A DNA stretch of 64,000 bases from an uncultured Oscillospiraceae bacterium (GTDB taxonomy: Bacteria > Bacillota > Clostridia > Christensenellales > CAG-138), in the NCBI GenBank assembly GCA_964467585.1, contig CAYXRF010000001.1, forward strand, positions 242,250 through 306,249, read 5' to 3'. The first letter of the stretch is position 1, and the number at the start of each line of letters is the position of its first letter. This document shows, in pieces, positions 1 to 10,773 of this stretch. Made by a program: the position numbers and the translations under genes. Below the pieces are notes generated by a model that did not search any database, was not told where the DNA came from, and saw nothing but the letters and a program-made list of their open reading frames with translations.

Positions 1-1
1 G

Positions 2-1207
2 TGTGATTATCCTCCCGGATATATGCTTGTTCTCGGAATAATGTCCAAAATATCCGCTTTACTCCAAAATTCAATGTATGGTACGGATGGCACATATAAT
101 GCCGTTTATATACTTCTGATGAAGCTGCCATGTATAATAATTGATATTGCATCCGCGTATGTTGTTTTCAGGCTTGCAAAAAAAATAATGTCGGACGCCT
201 CCGCCGTTATTCTCATGTGCATGGTTGCTTTCTCACCGATAATGGCATACATATCATCTGTATGGGGGCAGATAGACGCAGTATTAACCTTCCTTATGGT
301 TATACCTATACTTCTTATCGGCAATCGCAGACCAATTTGTGCAGGACTGGTATACGGGCTTGCAATCGTTATGAAGCCGCAGGCGCTGATGGCGGGGCCT
401 CTTTTTGCGGCGGCATACATCATGTACGTTTTAATGGGCGACACAGCCAACAGGTTCAATCAAAAAGCAAGCCTTGCAAGCATACTTCACATAAAAAAGG
501 ATTCTGTATGGCTGAGGCTTGCGGAAACCTTCATCGCAGTCATGGCTGCATTCGGCGTGATTATTCTTATTGCACTTCCCTTTACCGGTCAGCAGAAATG
601 GTATTGGCTAATTGAAAAATACTACAATACTGCCACTTCATATGATTATGCAACTGTAAACGCATATAACTTTTGGGCGCTTATCGGTGCAAATTGGAAG
701 AGCATAGATACAGAATTTATGGGAGCGACATACGGCAAATGGGGTTCGGCTTTTATGGTGACCTCGGTTGTGCTTTCAATAGGCTTATATGTATTTGATT
801 CATTGAAGCATAAGGGCACCTACAGGGCGCTGCCTCTTTCAATGGCTTTCATGTTTGCGGGGATATTTACGTTTGGGCACTATATGCATGAACGCTACCT
901 TTTCCCCATATTGATGCTGCTCATGATAGCGTTCATAATTTATAATGACAAACGTCTGCTGTGGACATATATCGCATACAGCGCATCGCTTATGCTCAAC
1001 TGCATGGCGGCATACTACTACTCGGAATACTTTGATTACCATCTCTACTGGGATGAAAAGCTCATATTCTTCGGTTCGCTGCTGAACATGAGAATTTTCG
1101 CATGGTTTGCATATGTTACGTTCGATCTTACAATCCGAAGTAAGCCATGGCACAGTTATTGCTGCGACGAGTCGTCGATAAGCGGTGCTCAACGCCTAAA
1201 ACGTTAA
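2..1207 (+). CDS. GT-C fold integral-membrane glycosyltransferase, 5' end off the window
   Basis: The frame of ORF 23-1207 stays open to base 2 (CDYPPGYMLVLG...). Polytopic membrane protein with a DYPPGY loop motif as in ALG/PIG-V/ArnT-type GT-C enzymes. Lies directly upstream of a GT39 gene and gtrA. Confidence 0.6.
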   Translation, partial: CDYPPGYMLVLGIMSKISALLQNSMYGTDGTYNAVYILLMKLPCIIIDIASAYVVFRLAKKIMSDASAVILMCMVAFSPIMAYISSVWGQIDAVLTFLMVIPILLIGNRRPICAGLVYGLAIVMKPQALMAGPLFAAAYIMYVLMGDTANRFNQKASLASILHIKKDSVWLRLAETFIAVMAAFGVIILIALPFTGQQKWYWLIEKYYNTATSYDYATVNAYNFWALIGANWKSIDTEFMGATYGKWGSAFMVTSVVLSIGLYVFDSLKHKGTYRALPLSMAFMFAGIFTFGHYMHERYLFPILMLLMIAFIIYNDKRLLWTYIAYSASLMLNCMAAYYYSEYFDYHLYWDEKLIFFGSLLNMRIFAWFAYVTFDLTIRSKPWHSYCCDESSISGAQRLKR

Positions 1208-1278
1208 ACGGGCTTGCGATTGTTCCAATATGTGGTATTATTGTTGCAGAACATCTTCTGCTTGAAAGGGGTTTCAAC

Positions 1279-4086
1279 GTGACAAAACGAATTCTTGCGG
1301 CATTGGTAACGGCAATTATCATACTCACGTTTACGGGAGCGGTTTTTGCAGAGACCGACAATGCTTCGCAAAGCAGCGTGATTGTTGCAAATGCGGGCTT
1401 TGAAACGTTGGATGACAACGGATTACCGGCACTTTGGGAGTTTGGCTCATATCTCTATGACAATGGGGTTTCTAACGCAGACGCGTCTGCAGCTGCGGAG
1501 GTTGACGTATCGGGCGGCGGATATGTTCTGCATATTTCAAGCACTGCCGAGGATGACGTCCGATTTGCTCAGACAATCACTGTTGAGCCGAACAGCACAT
1601 ATAAAATATCATGCAGAATCAAAACGTCAAATGTCGAGGGCGGCGCAGGCGCAAATATCGGCATGATTGGCGGATTTATTGCTTGCTCCACGGCAATAAC
1701 AGGCACAAATGACTGGCAGAATGCGGAGCTCATCGGCGTCACAGATTCAGACCAAACAACCATCTGTATTGCTTGCAGACTTGGCGGGTACAGTGCGCTT
1801 TCACGCGGCGACGTATGGTATGATGATATCAAGGTTGAAAAGCTGACTGATTATTCAGGTCAAACCGTCAACTTCTTTGTAAGCTCGTCCATTGCAGATT
1901 CCGGGTCTGACAATTCGTCAAATGGATCGAGGATTATCGGCATAATCATTCTTTGCCTGCTGGGACTTGCCGTGCTTATATTCGCAATCTGGAGCATATG
2001 CAACAAAAACGGTGCAGGGGCAGGCAATAACAAGCGTCAAGACAAATCCGGCACAAAGTATCCTTCCGTCAGCAAAGAAGAACGTGTTCGCACAGATGCA
2101 TTAAACGAGATTCGCGGCACGGATTTCTTTGATATGCGGCAGAATTCCATCCCCCGTCCAACCGATACAAAGCTGCACTTCAAGCGTTTGGATTGGATAT
2201 TTATGATTGGCCTCACCGTGGTTTATGGCGTTGTAGCCTTGCTAAACCTCGGAACCACCGCTTCTCCGGAAAGCTATTGGTCGGCAGCCAAGGGCGATTC
2301 TATACGAATTGAATTTGACGGTGAGTATACCGTTTCGGACGTGTGGCAAAATTCGGGCATTTGCAAATCCTGCACATATACCATCACAGGCGACTCGGGG
2401 ACTTCATTGAGCCAGAGTATTGAATACGGTCAGATGTATAGATGGACAAAGCTCGGCGGTCTTTCACAAAGCACTACGGGAGTAACCGTTACCGTTCAAA
2501 ACGGGACTGCATGGATAAACGAGCTTGCCTTTTTTGACAGCGATGGAAATCAAATTAGCTGTCACACATCTGACGGCAGCGCATCACCCTTAATTGACGA
2601 GCAGGACACGGTTCCCGCATACCCAAGCTATTTCAACGGAATGTATTTTGACGAGCTCTATCATGGAAGAACAGCTTATGAGCATCTCAATAATTTGGAG
2701 GTATACGAGTGGACGCACCCGCCCCTTGGGAAGCTTCTCATTTCAGTGGGCATAGCCATATTTGGGATGAATCCATTCGGGTGGCGCATAATCGGTACAC
2801 TTTTTGGCATAGCAATGATACCGGTGATGTATTGCTTCTCAAAAAGACTGTTCAAGCGTCCTGAATTGGCTTTCCTTGCCTCATTCCTGTTCGCGTTCGA
2901 CTTTATGCACTTTACGCAGACAAGAATAGCAACTATTGACGTATACGGTGTGTTCTTCATACTTTTAATGACCTACTTCATGTACAAATTTCTGTGCATT
3001 GATATTGGCGACAGCACAAAAAAGATGCTTGCTCCGCTTGCTCTTTCGGGCATATTCTTTGGGCTTGGCAGCGCCAGCAAATGGATATGTCTGTATACGG
3101 GCGTGGGCTTGGCTGTGATGTTCTTTACCAAGCTGATCGTAATGGGTGTTAAGAGCTACAAGCTCACAAAGGCAAGCAAAGCAGCTTCGGACGAAAATCT
3201 GATTGGCAAATTCTGGAAGCGCTGCACAGTTCTTTGCGCATGGTGCCTGCTTTTCTTTGTGGCAATACCATCCGTAATATATTGTGCTTCTTACTTCAGG
3301 TATTACACAAGCATGTGGAAGCCTGACGCACAGAAGCAAGAGCTGGTTGACAGATATCAGCGGGGCGAATACACAACCGAGGAAGACGGCATTGTCAGCT
3401 ATGAAGATGTTGAGCTTACGCTTTCGCAGGAGATAAAAACGTATCTTACCGGAGTTTGGAATAACCAAACATCTATGTACAGCTACCACAGCGGCTTGGA
3501 CTCTGTCCACAGCGCCGCCTCCGTTTGGTGGGAGTGGCTCCTTAATCTCAGACCGACATGGTTTTATGTAGGCTATAACGCACCGGGCGAGAACATCGTC
3601 AGCACAATCAGCACGTTTGGCAATCCAATGGTTTGGTTAGTGTGCCTTGCGGGCACAATTGCGCTTATTGTGCTGCTAATCATCAGAAAAAAGAGATTCT
3701 CGTGGGATTCGTTCATGATATTCGTGTGCATTGCCTCGTCATTGCTTCCGTGGGTGTTTGTAACGCGCAGCACATATGCATATCATTATTTTGCGACGGT
3801 ACCATTCATAATTCTTGCATCGGTAAGCGTTTTGAAGTATATCGAAGACAAACATGCATTCAACGTTAAGTTTGATAAAACAACAAGCGGCTTACTCATT
3901 CCGTCAATCAAGTGGATTTGGATAGGATTGGTTGCGTTGATGTTCATTGTTTTCTATCCTGTGATATCAGGTTATCCGGTTCCCGGAGATTATGTGCTTG
4001 GGCTGCAATGGGTACCATTCTTCAAATTTGAGTCCGGTGAACGTACCATACGCATAGGGTGGACATTCCTCGGATATGGCGATTGA
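1279..4086 (+). CDS. Fusion glycosyltransferase: signal anchor + CBM4/9-like domain + TM + discoidin-like domain + GT39/PMT_2 core
   Basis: ORF 1147-4086. The likely start is GTG 1279, with RBS GAAAGGGG at 1264-1270 and no overlap with the upstream gene. Features in order: N-terminal anchor ILAALVTAIIILTFTGAVFA; NAGFE...WYDDIKVEKL beta-sandwich pattern; ...TAWINELAFFD segment; PMT core with loop-1 DE motif MYFDELYHGRTAYEH and THPPLGK. Confidence 0.75.
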   Translation: MTKRILAALVTAIIILTFTGAVFAETDNASQSSVIVANAGFETLDDNGLPALWEFGSYLYDNGVSNADASAAAEVDVSGGGYVLHISSTAEDDVRFAQTITVEPNSTYKISCRIKTSNVEGGAGANIGMIGGFIACSTAITGTNDWQNAELIGVTDSDQTTICIACRLGGYSALSRGDVWYDDIKVEKLTDYSGQTVNFFVSSSIADSGSDNSSNGSRIIGIIILCLLGLAVLIFAIWSICNKNGAGAGNNKRQDKSGTKYPSVSKEERVRTDALNEIRGTDFFDMRQNSIPRPTDTKLHFKRLDWIFMIGLTVVYGVVALLNLGTTASPESYWSAAKGDSIRIEFDGEYTVSDVWQNSGICKSCTYTITGDSGTSLSQSIEYGQMYRWTKLGGLSQSTTGVTVTVQNGTAWINELAFFDSDGNQISCHTSDGSASPLIDEQDTVPAYPSYFNGMYFDELYHGRTAYEHLNNLEVYEWTHPPLGKLLISVGIAIFGMNPFGWRIIGTLFGIAMIPVMYCFSKRLFKRPELAFLASFLFAFDFMHFTQTRIATIDVYGVFFILLMTYFMYKFLCIDIGDSTKKMLAPLALSGIFFGLGSASKWICLYTGVGLAVMFFTKLIVMGVKSYKLTKASKAASDENLIGKFWKRCTVLCAWCLLFFVAIPSVIYCASYFRYYTSMWKPDAQKQELVDRYQRGEYTTEEDGIVSYEDVELTLSQEIKTYLTGVWNNQTSMYSYHSGLDSVHSAASVWWEWLLNLRPTWFYVGYNAPGENIVSTISTFGNPMVWLVCLAGTIALIVLLIIRKKRFSWDSFMIFVCIASSLLPWVFVTRSTYAYHYFATVPFIILASVSVLKYIEDKHAFNVKFDKTTSGLLIPSIKWIWIGLVALMFIVFYPVISGYPVPGDYVLGLQWVPFFKFESGERTIRIGWTFLGYGD

Positions 4087-4098
4087 TGGAGGTTGAAT

Positions 4099-4632
4099 AT
4101 GGCGATTGAAAAAAAACACACGATTATCCAGTTTTTGAAGTTTGCCGCCGTTGGCGTGCTTAATACCCTTATCGATCTTGGGGTGTTCTATTTGCTTCGA
4201 AATTTTTTGCAGTTCAACACCGTATTGGCGCATTGCATCTCCTTCACATGCGGTGTGTTAAACAGCTATCTGTTCAACTCGTCGTGGACTTTCAAAAAGG
4301 AGCACAAGCATACATTCCGCGAATTTGCATCGTTTATTGCTGTCAATCTGATTATTCTTGCGCTGTCGCTCGGATTAATATATCTTCTTGAGCATTATGT
4401 GTTTGTTAAAATGAGCTTTGCAAATACATTATACGCAACCTTCTTTGGTAAATTCTTCGAAAGCGTGGAGAAGCTTAACTCAATGGTATGCAAGATCGTA
4501 ATCATGCCTGCGACTTGGTTGCTCAACTTTATTTTGAACAAGCTTATTGTGTTCAAAAGCAAGGGCGGCGGTGCTAATTTGGATTCCGAGCATGCCGGCG
4601 ACATTACAGACGAATCAAAGCGTGATAACTAA
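4099..4632 (+). CDS. gtrA: GtrA family membrane protein (putative lipid-linked sugar translocase)
   Basis: FLKFAAVGVLNTLIDLGVFYLL signature and 4 TM segments. GGAGG at 4088-4092 lies 6 nt before ATG 4099; the ORF track starts at TTG 4093. Confidence 0.8.
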   Translation: MAIEKKHTIIQFLKFAAVGVLNTLIDLGVFYLLRNFLQFNTVLAHCISFTCGVLNSYLFNSSWTFKKEHKHTFREFASFIAVNLIILALSLGLIYLLEHYVFVKMSFANTLYATFFGKFFESVEKLNSMVCKIVIMPATWLLNFILNKLIVFKSKGGGANLDSEHAGDITDESKRDN

Positions 4633-4660
4633 TCATCTATGAATTGGAAGTGATATTTGG

Positions 4661-6193
4661 GTGCTTGCAAAGCTGAAAAGCTGTGGCCTTATTGGTATCA
4701 ACGGTTGTCCTGTCAGCGTTGAGGTGGATTTGTCGTATGGCTTTGTTCGATATGACACAGTTGGCTTGCCTGATAATGCGGTAAAGGAGTCTAAAGAGAG
4801 GGTCAGGTCCGCGATTATCAACAGCGGATACTCTTTTCCGGATGCACGGATAGTTATCAATCTGGCGCCCGCGGATATACGAAAGGCGGGCACCATTTAT
4901 GACCTGCCGATTGCTTTGGGCATTCTTGCTGCTCAGGGAATCATTCCGGTTGACTCCGCAGAAAAGTATGTTACTCTCGGAGAATTGGCTTTGGACGGTT
5001 CCGTCAGAGGGATTACGGGCGTGCTTCCGATGATAATTGACGCGCATGATCGCGGGGATAGATGCGTGTTGCTGTCGGCTGAAAATGCGGAAGAAGCTGC
5101 TTGCGTTGACGGAATGATGGTGATCCCTATATCGTCGCTTCAGGACGCCTGTCGTTTTCTTCGTCACGATATTGACATTCCTCCTTTTCCAACCGTTGAA
5201 TGGAACAGCTCTGACACAAGATTTTCGCATGACTTTTGCCATATTAAGGGGCAGCAATCCGCGAAGCGCGCAGCAGAGATTGCGGTTGCGGGCAATCACA
5301 ACATATTGATGATCGGCACTCCCGGTTCGGGCAAAACAATGCTTGCAAGGAGCATTCCTTCGATTCTTCCCGAGCTTACTTTGCAGGAGGCAATGGAAAT
5401 AACAAGGATTCATTCTGTCGCAGGAGAATTGCGCGGATGCGGAGGCTTGGTACGCGAACGCCCATTCAGAGCGCCTCATCACTCAGCGTCGATTCCCGCG
5501 CTTGTCGGCGGGGGAGCAAACGCTTTACCGGGAGAAATCAGCCTGTCGCATTACGGCGTTTTGTTCATGGATGAGTTTCCGGAGTTTCCGTCAAGCGTTC
5601 TCGAAGCGTTAAGGCAGCCGCTTGAGGACGGAATAGTTACAATAACCAGAGCGGCGGCAAAGGCGACATATCCTGCGGACTTCATGCTTGTTGCCGCTAT
5701 GAATCCATGTCCCTGTGGCAACTTCGGTTCAAAGATAAAGGAGTGCAGATGTACTCCCATGCAGATCAGCAGATACAGAAATCGCATAAGCGCTCCATTG
5801 CTTGATCGTCTTGACATTCATGTTGAAATGACAGAGGTGAGCTATGAGGATTTGACGTCAACCTCTGAAGGCGAATGCTCTGCCTCAATTAGAGAACGTG
5901 TATGCCGCGCCCGCAGAATTCAGCGTGCAAGATATGCTGACGAGGGAATACTTTACAACTCACAGCTCGGGAACATACAGCTTCAGCGATACTGTCGCAT
6001 GAGTGCGGAGGCAGAACAGCTTTTGAAAGTTGCGTATACCAAGCTAAAGCTTTCGGCACGCGCATATACACGAGTTATAAAGGTTGCAAGAACAATAGCG
6101 GATATCGATATGGTTGAGGAGATTGGCAGGCGCCACATTGCGGAGGCAGTTCAGTACAGAGGGCTTGACGAAAAGTATTGGGGTGCGCTGTGA
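4661..6193 (+). CDS. comM: YifB/ComM family Mg-chelatase-like ATPase
   Basis: Lon-like N-terminal domain, Walker A MIGTPGSGKTM, VLFMDEFPEF, and a C-terminal ChlI/MCM-like region. GTG start. Confidence 0.9.
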   Translation: MLAKLKSCGLIGINGCPVSVEVDLSYGFVRYDTVGLPDNAVKESKERVRSAIINSGYSFPDARIVINLAPADIRKAGTIYDLPIALGILAAQGIIPVDSAEKYVTLGELALDGSVRGITGVLPMIIDAHDRGDRCVLLSAENAEEAACVDGMMVIPISSLQDACRFLRHDIDIPPFPTVEWNSSDTRFSHDFCHIKGQQSAKRAAEIAVAGNHNILMIGTPGSGKTMLARSIPSILPELTLQEAMEITRIHSVAGELRGCGGLVRERPFRAPHHSASIPALVGGGANALPGEISLSHYGVLFMDEFPEFPSSVLEALRQPLEDGIVTITRAAAKATYPADFMLVAAMNPCPCGNFGSKIKECRCTPMQISRYRNRISAPLLDRLDIHVEMTEVSYEDLTSTSEGECSASIRERVCRARRIQRARYADEGILYNSQLGNIQLQRYCRMSAEAEQLLKVAYTKLKLSARAYTRVIKVARTIADIDMVEEIGRRHIAEAVQYRGLDEKYWGAL

Positions 6194-7305
6194 ACGAATA
6201 CACAGAAAACGATATTACTTGGCTTTGGCTTAGCAGATCACTTGGAACTTCGGTAAAGCTGATTGATAACCTTGTCGGCGTTAACGATGGTATTTGCGAT
6301 TTGCGCAAAAAGGCAACAGCACACGAGCTTAACTGCGAGGGGGTGCTTCAGCAGGAACAGCTTACAAAGCTTGAAAAAAACGCACATGATGAATCAATGT
6401 ACGAGTTTATCGATAAGCTGGATTCTTTAAGCATTACTGCCGTTACACGCTCATCGGAAAGCTATCCGCAGCTGCTTGCACACATATATGATCCTCCGAT
6501 TGTTCTTTACGTTAAAGGAAGGCTCAAAAGCAATATTCAGCGTCCGATATCAATTATTGGCTCCCGAAAACCATCCCGCTACGGATTGGATATGGCGGAG
6601 GTGTTTGCACAAAAGCTTGCGGAACGCGGATTTTGTGTTGTTTCGGGTATGGCTATAGGGTGTGACTCAGCGGCGGCAAAAGGCGCACTGAAAGCAATGG
6701 GCAATGATTATCCAACGATTGCCGTTTTGGGAAGCGGCGTTAATGTCGTCTATCCGCCCACGGGGAAGCAACTCTATGATGAGATAATCTCTCGCGGTGC
6801 GGTTATTTCAGAATTTTTGCCAAATTCTACACCCACAGCATTTTCCTTTCCGCAAAGAAACAGAATAATCAGCGGACTGTCAAAGGGCGTTCTTGTGATT
6901 GAAGCAGGTGAAAAAAGCGGTACAATGATAACAGTAGACTTTGCTCAAGAACAAGGCAGGGACGTTTTTGCAATCCCGGGCAGACTTACTGACAGAATGA
7001 GCATGGGAACAAATTCTCTAATAAAAAGCGGCTACGCAAAGCCTGTATTTGATATTGAAGACATTCTATATGAGTATGGTATGCCCATTGAAGACACGCC
7101 CCCATCGATAATTGCTCAGGTTAACACGGCGGAGCTGCATCCAATTCAGCAGCAGGTGTACGAGATATTGCTGAGAGGGGAACGTAATGTCGATGAATTG
7201 TGTGACGAAACACATATTTCAATGTCTGAACTGAATACATACTTGACAGAAATGGAATTATCGGGAATAATAAAGCAATTGTCGTACAGACTGTACAGCG
7301 TTTGA
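6190..7305 (+). CDS. dprA: DNA processing protein DprA
   Basis: Rossmann-like core GSRKPSRYGLD...VVSGMAIGCDSAAAKGAL...FPQRNRIISGLS. GTG 6190 forms a GTGA overlap with the comM stop; the alternative start is TTG 6178. Confidence 0.9.
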   Translation: MNEYTENDITWLWLSRSLGTSVKLIDNLVGVNDGICDLRKKATAHELNCEGVLQQEQLTKLEKNAHDESMYEFIDKLDSLSITAVTRSSESYPQLLAHIYDPPIVLYVKGRLKSNIQRPISIIGSRKPSRYGLDMAEVFAQKLAERGFCVVSGMAIGCDSAAAKGALKAMGNDYPTIAVLGSGVNVVYPPTGKQLYDEIISRGAVISEFLPNSTPTAFSFPQRNRIISGLSKGVLVIEAGEKSGTMITVDFAQEQGRDVFAIPGRLTDRMSMGTNSLIKSGYAKPVFDIEDILYEYGMPIEDTPPSIIAQVNTAELHPIQQQVYEILLRGERNVDELCDETHISMSELNTYLTEMELSGIIKQLSYRLYSV

Positions 7306-7344
7306 TGTGCAGCCATTAAGAAAGGGAAAAGGATTACTGCTTAT

Positions 7345-9459
7345 ATGACGGATACTCTTGTTATTGTAGAGTCGCCCGCAAAGGCGAAAACAATAGGAAA
7401 ATACCTTGGAAGCAAATACAAGGTCATTGCTTCCAACGGTCATGTTCGTGATTTGCCAAAAAGTCAACTTGGCGTTGACGTTGATAACGGCTTTGCGCCA
7501 AAGTATATAACACTTCGCGGCAGAGGCGAGGTTCTTGAAAAGATTCGCAAGGAAGCAAAGCAGGCAAAGCGTATACTGCTTGCAACCGACCCTGATAGAG
7601 AGGGCGAGGCAATATCGTGGCATCTTGCCGCCATACTCAAGCTTGACCCAAGCAGCGAGTGCAGAGTTGTGTTCAACGAGATCACAAAATCCGTACTGCA
7701 GGCGTCCATAAAAAAAGCACGTCCTATCGATGAAAATCTTGTGGATGCTCAGCAGGCGAGGCGTGTGCTTGACAGGCTTGTCGGCTACAAAATCAGTCCG
7801 CTGCTATGGGCAAAAATTCGCAAAGGTCTTTCAGCGGGAAGGGTGCAGTCTGTCGCAGCAAGGATAATTTGCGATCGTGAGCAAGAAATTATGGATTTTA
7901 TTCCTGAAGAATACTGGAACATTACCGCAACGCTTCGCAATCCGCACGGGAGAAGAAGCATTGCCGCAAAGTTCTATGGCTTTAATGGTGAAAAAACTGA
8001 TATATGCTGTGAGGCTGATGCAAAAAAAGTTGTTGAGGCGTCAACCGATAAGCCTTTCAAGGTTGATGATATAAAAAAAGCTGATAAGGTGCGCCATGCG
8101 CCGCCTCCGTTTACAACAAGCAGCATGCTTCAAGAAGCTTCAAGGAAGATTGGGCTTACCCCCAAGGTTACGATGTCTATTGCCCAACAGCTTTATGAGG
8201 GCATCGATATTGTCGGACAGGGAAGCACCGGACTGATATCGTACATACGAACCGATTCGGTACGCGTTTCAAATGAGGCGCAGGCAATCGCCATCGATTT
8301 TATCAAATCTGAGTATGGCGACAATTACGCACCCGCCAAGCCCAATGTTTACAAGGGGCGCAGCAACGCGCAGGACGCGCACGAAGCCATTCGTCCAACA
8401 AATATTATGCTTTCTCCGTTGATGCTCAAGGACTCAATGTCAAACGCTCAATATAAACTATACAAACTAATATATGAACGGTTCATAGCAAGCCAGATGA
8501 CAAACGCACTATATGAAACGACTGTCGTGGTGCTTAATGCTGATGAATGCACATATAAGGCAAACGGCATTAAAACCGTTTTTGACGGATACACGCATAT
8601 TTACACTGAGGGCAATGATGAATCTGAGGAGAAGGAGAACACATTGCCGGAGGTGAGGATGGGCGATGTGTTAACTCCGCTTATAATCATCCCGGAACAG
8701 CATTTTACTCAACCTCCATCCAGATATACCGAGGCGTCTTTGGTTAAAGCTTTGGAAGAAAAGGGGATTGGACGTCCAAGCACCTATTCTCCCACGATTT
8801 CAACAATAATCGACAGAGGTTATGTGCGCAGAGAGAAAAAACAGCTTATACCCACGGACCTTGGTTTTGTTGTAAATCAGCTTATGAAGGATAACTTTGC
8901 CGATATTGTTGACGTCCGTTTTACCGCCGATATGGAGAAAAAGCTTGATGATGTTGAGGGGGGAAGCAAGCAATGGCAGGACGTTGTCTCTGATTTTTAC
9001 GCTCCATTCGAAAAATCCGTTGAGGCAGCCTTTCAAAATGTTGAAAAGGTTACATTAGAGGACGAGGTTTCTGACGTTGTGTGTGATCAATGTGGGGCTA
9101 TGATGGTTTATAAGATGGGTAAATATGGCAGATTCCTTGCCTGCCCAAACTATCCTGAATGCAAAAATACTAAAAACATTCGTGAATACATAAATGTTAA
9201 GTGCCCGTTATGCGGGGCGGAGCTTGTTAAGCTGCACGCAAAGAAAGGCGGACGTGCATTCTACGGATGTGAACGTCATCCCGATTGCAAATTTGTTTCA
9301 TGGGATAAGCCGCTTGCGGAAAACTGCCCTCAGTGCGGCAAATACATGGTCCAGAAGGTTGGCAGGTATGGAAGCTACAAGGCTTGCTCCGATAAGGATT
9401 GCGGCTATGTGTTCCGTCCCGCCGGCAAAAATAAATCAACTGAAATGGAAAATGAGTGA
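7345..9459 (+). CDS. topA: DNA topoisomerase I
   Basis: Toprim N-terminus LVIVESPAKAKTIGKYLG, the active-site region SYIRTDS, and three C-terminal C4 zinc ribbons. Confidence 0.95.
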   Translation: MTDTLVIVESPAKAKTIGKYLGSKYKVIASNGHVRDLPKSQLGVDVDNGFAPKYITLRGRGEVLEKIRKEAKQAKRILLATDPDREGEAISWHLAAILKLDPSSECRVVFNEITKSVLQASIKKARPIDENLVDAQQARRVLDRLVGYKISPLLWAKIRKGLSAGRVQSVAARIICDREQEIMDFIPEEYWNITATLRNPHGRRSIAAKFYGFNGEKTDICCEADAKKVVEASTDKPFKVDDIKKADKVRHAPPPFTTSSMLQEASRKIGLTPKVTMSIAQQLYEGIDIVGQGSTGLISYIRTDSVRVSNEAQAIAIDFIKSEYGDNYAPAKPNVYKGRSNAQDAHEAIRPTNIMLSPLMLKDSMSNAQYKLYKLIYERFIASQMTNALYETTVVVLNADECTYKANGIKTVFDGYTHIYTEGNDESEEKENTLPEVRMGDVLTPLIIIPEQHFTQPPSRYTEASLVKALEEKGIGRPSTYSPTISTIIDRGYVRREKKQLIPTDLGFVVNQLMKDNFADIVDVRFTADMEKKLDDVEGGSKQWQDVVSDFYAPFEKSVEAAFQNVEKVTLEDEVSDVVCDQCGAMMVYKMGKYGRFLACPNYPECKNTKNIREYINVKCPLCGAELVKLHAKKGGRAFYGCERHPDCKFVSWDKPLAENCPQCGKYMVQKVGRYGSYKACSDKDCGYVFRPAGKNKSTEMENE

Positions 9460-10772
9460 TGGCAGAGCAGTCTGCAGCTGCAACAGTGATTGGTGCAGGA
9501 TTAGCGGGATGTGAGGCGGCTTACGCGCTTGCAGCACGCGGAATTGAAGTCAATCTTTATGATATGAAGCCGATGCGGTATTCTCCGGCGCATAAATCGC
9601 CTTTGTTTGCCGAGCTTGTTTGCTCAAATTCATTACGTTCCGACAGTGTGGATAACGCTGTCGGTCTGCTCAAAGAAGAAATGAGGCGAATCGGTTCTCT
9701 TGTAATGACCTGCGCCGATGCTACACGCGTGCCTGCGGGCGGAGCGTTGGCTGTGGATCGAGACAGATTTTCAAGCATGGTCACAGAAATGATTAATGCG
9801 CAGCCCAATATCCATGTGCACAATGAAATCATTTCTGATATACCGCATGCTCCCTGCATAATTGCAACAGGCCCGCTGACGGATGGAGCAATGCTTGAGG
9901 CGATTAAGCGACTTATGGGCGACGGACTTCATTTTTATGACGCCGCTGCGCCAATTGTTTCGTTTGATTCCCTTGATATGAGCAAAATCTTTCGCTCATC
10001 CAGATATGGCAAGGGCGATGATTATCTTAATTGCCCGATGAACAGAATGGAGTATTTTATGTTCATCCGCGCAATTACCGAAGCGGAGACAGCGGTGCTG
10101 CATGAGTTTGAGGCCCCGAGGGTTTTTGAAGGGTGTATGCCCGTTGAGGTAATGGCAAAACGAGGCGACCTTACTCTTGCATACGGCCCGCTAAAGCCTG
10201 TCGGTCTTGTTGATCCAAAGACAGGCAAGCAGCCATTTGCGGTCGTTCAGCTTCGCATGGACAACGCCGAGGGAACCCTCTACAATATTGTCGGTTTTCA
10301 AACAAATCTGAAGTTTGGGGAGCAAAGGCGTGTATTCGGGATGATACCAGGTCTTGAAAAAGCCGAATTCATTCGATACGGGGTAATGCACCGCAACACA
10401 TTCATCGATTCTCCGGGCAAGCTTACTCCGTATTACTCTGCGGTTGGTATGCCAAAGCTTTATTTTGCAGGTCAGCTGACCGGAGTGGAAGGCTATATAG
10501 AGAGCGCATCCAGTGGATTGGTTGCGGGAATCAACCTTGCCAACACACTTAATGACCGCGCACCCGTGGACTTTGGAAGACGAACGGCGATCGGTTCGTT
10601 GGCACATTATGTATCTGAATATAATGGCGGGGACTTTCAGCCAATGAATGTTACCTACGGCATTATGGAACCAATAGCAAACGCTCCTCAGGGCAAGCGC
10701 GAAAGATATTCGATGCTGTCGAGGAGGGCGCTTGAACAAATTAATATGATTGTTGAAGAAGGAGTGTTATAA
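9456..10772 (+). CDS. trmFO: Methylenetetrahydrofolate--tRNA-(uracil-5)-methyltransferase TrmFO
   Basis: [19 protein letters not shown] motif and [10 protein letters not shown]. Overlaps the topA stop. Sits in the conserved topA-trmFO-hslVU order. Confidence 0.93.
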   Translation: MMAEQSAAATVIGAGLAGCEAAYALAARGIEVNLYDMKPMRYSPAHKSPLFAELVCSNSLRSDSVDNAVGLLKEEMRRIGSLVMTCADATRVPAGGALAVDRDRFSSMVTEMINAQPNIHVHNEIISDIPHAPCIIATGPLTDGAMLEAIKRLMGDGLHFYDAAAPIVSFDSLDMSKIFRSSRYGKGDDYLNCPMNRMEYFMFIRAITEAETAVLHEFEAPRVFEGCMPVEVMAKRGDLTLAYGPLKPVGLVDPKTGKQPFAVVQLRMDNAEGTLYNIVGFQTNLKFGEQRRVFGMIPGLEKAEFIRYGVMHRNTFIDSPGKLTPYYSAVGMPKLYFAGQLTGVEGYIESASSGLVAGINLANTLNDRAPVDFGRRTAIGSLAHYVSEYNGGDFQPMNVTYGIMEPIANAPQGKRERYSMLSRRALEQINMIVEEGVL

Positions 10773-10773
10773 T

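Noticed and set aside
1147-1278. N-terminal 44-codon extension of the GT39 ORF, overlapping the upstream GT-C gene.
   Set aside because: GTG 1279 has an RBS and produces a proper signal anchor. The extension is Arg/Leu-rich and overlaps the upstream gene by 61 nt.
4637-5482. 281-aa minus-strand ORF.
   Set aside because: It is antisense to comM, is Arg/Ser-rich, and has no RBS or recognisable motif.
10191-10739. 182-aa minus-strand ORF.
   Set aside because: It is antisense to trmFO and has no independent support.
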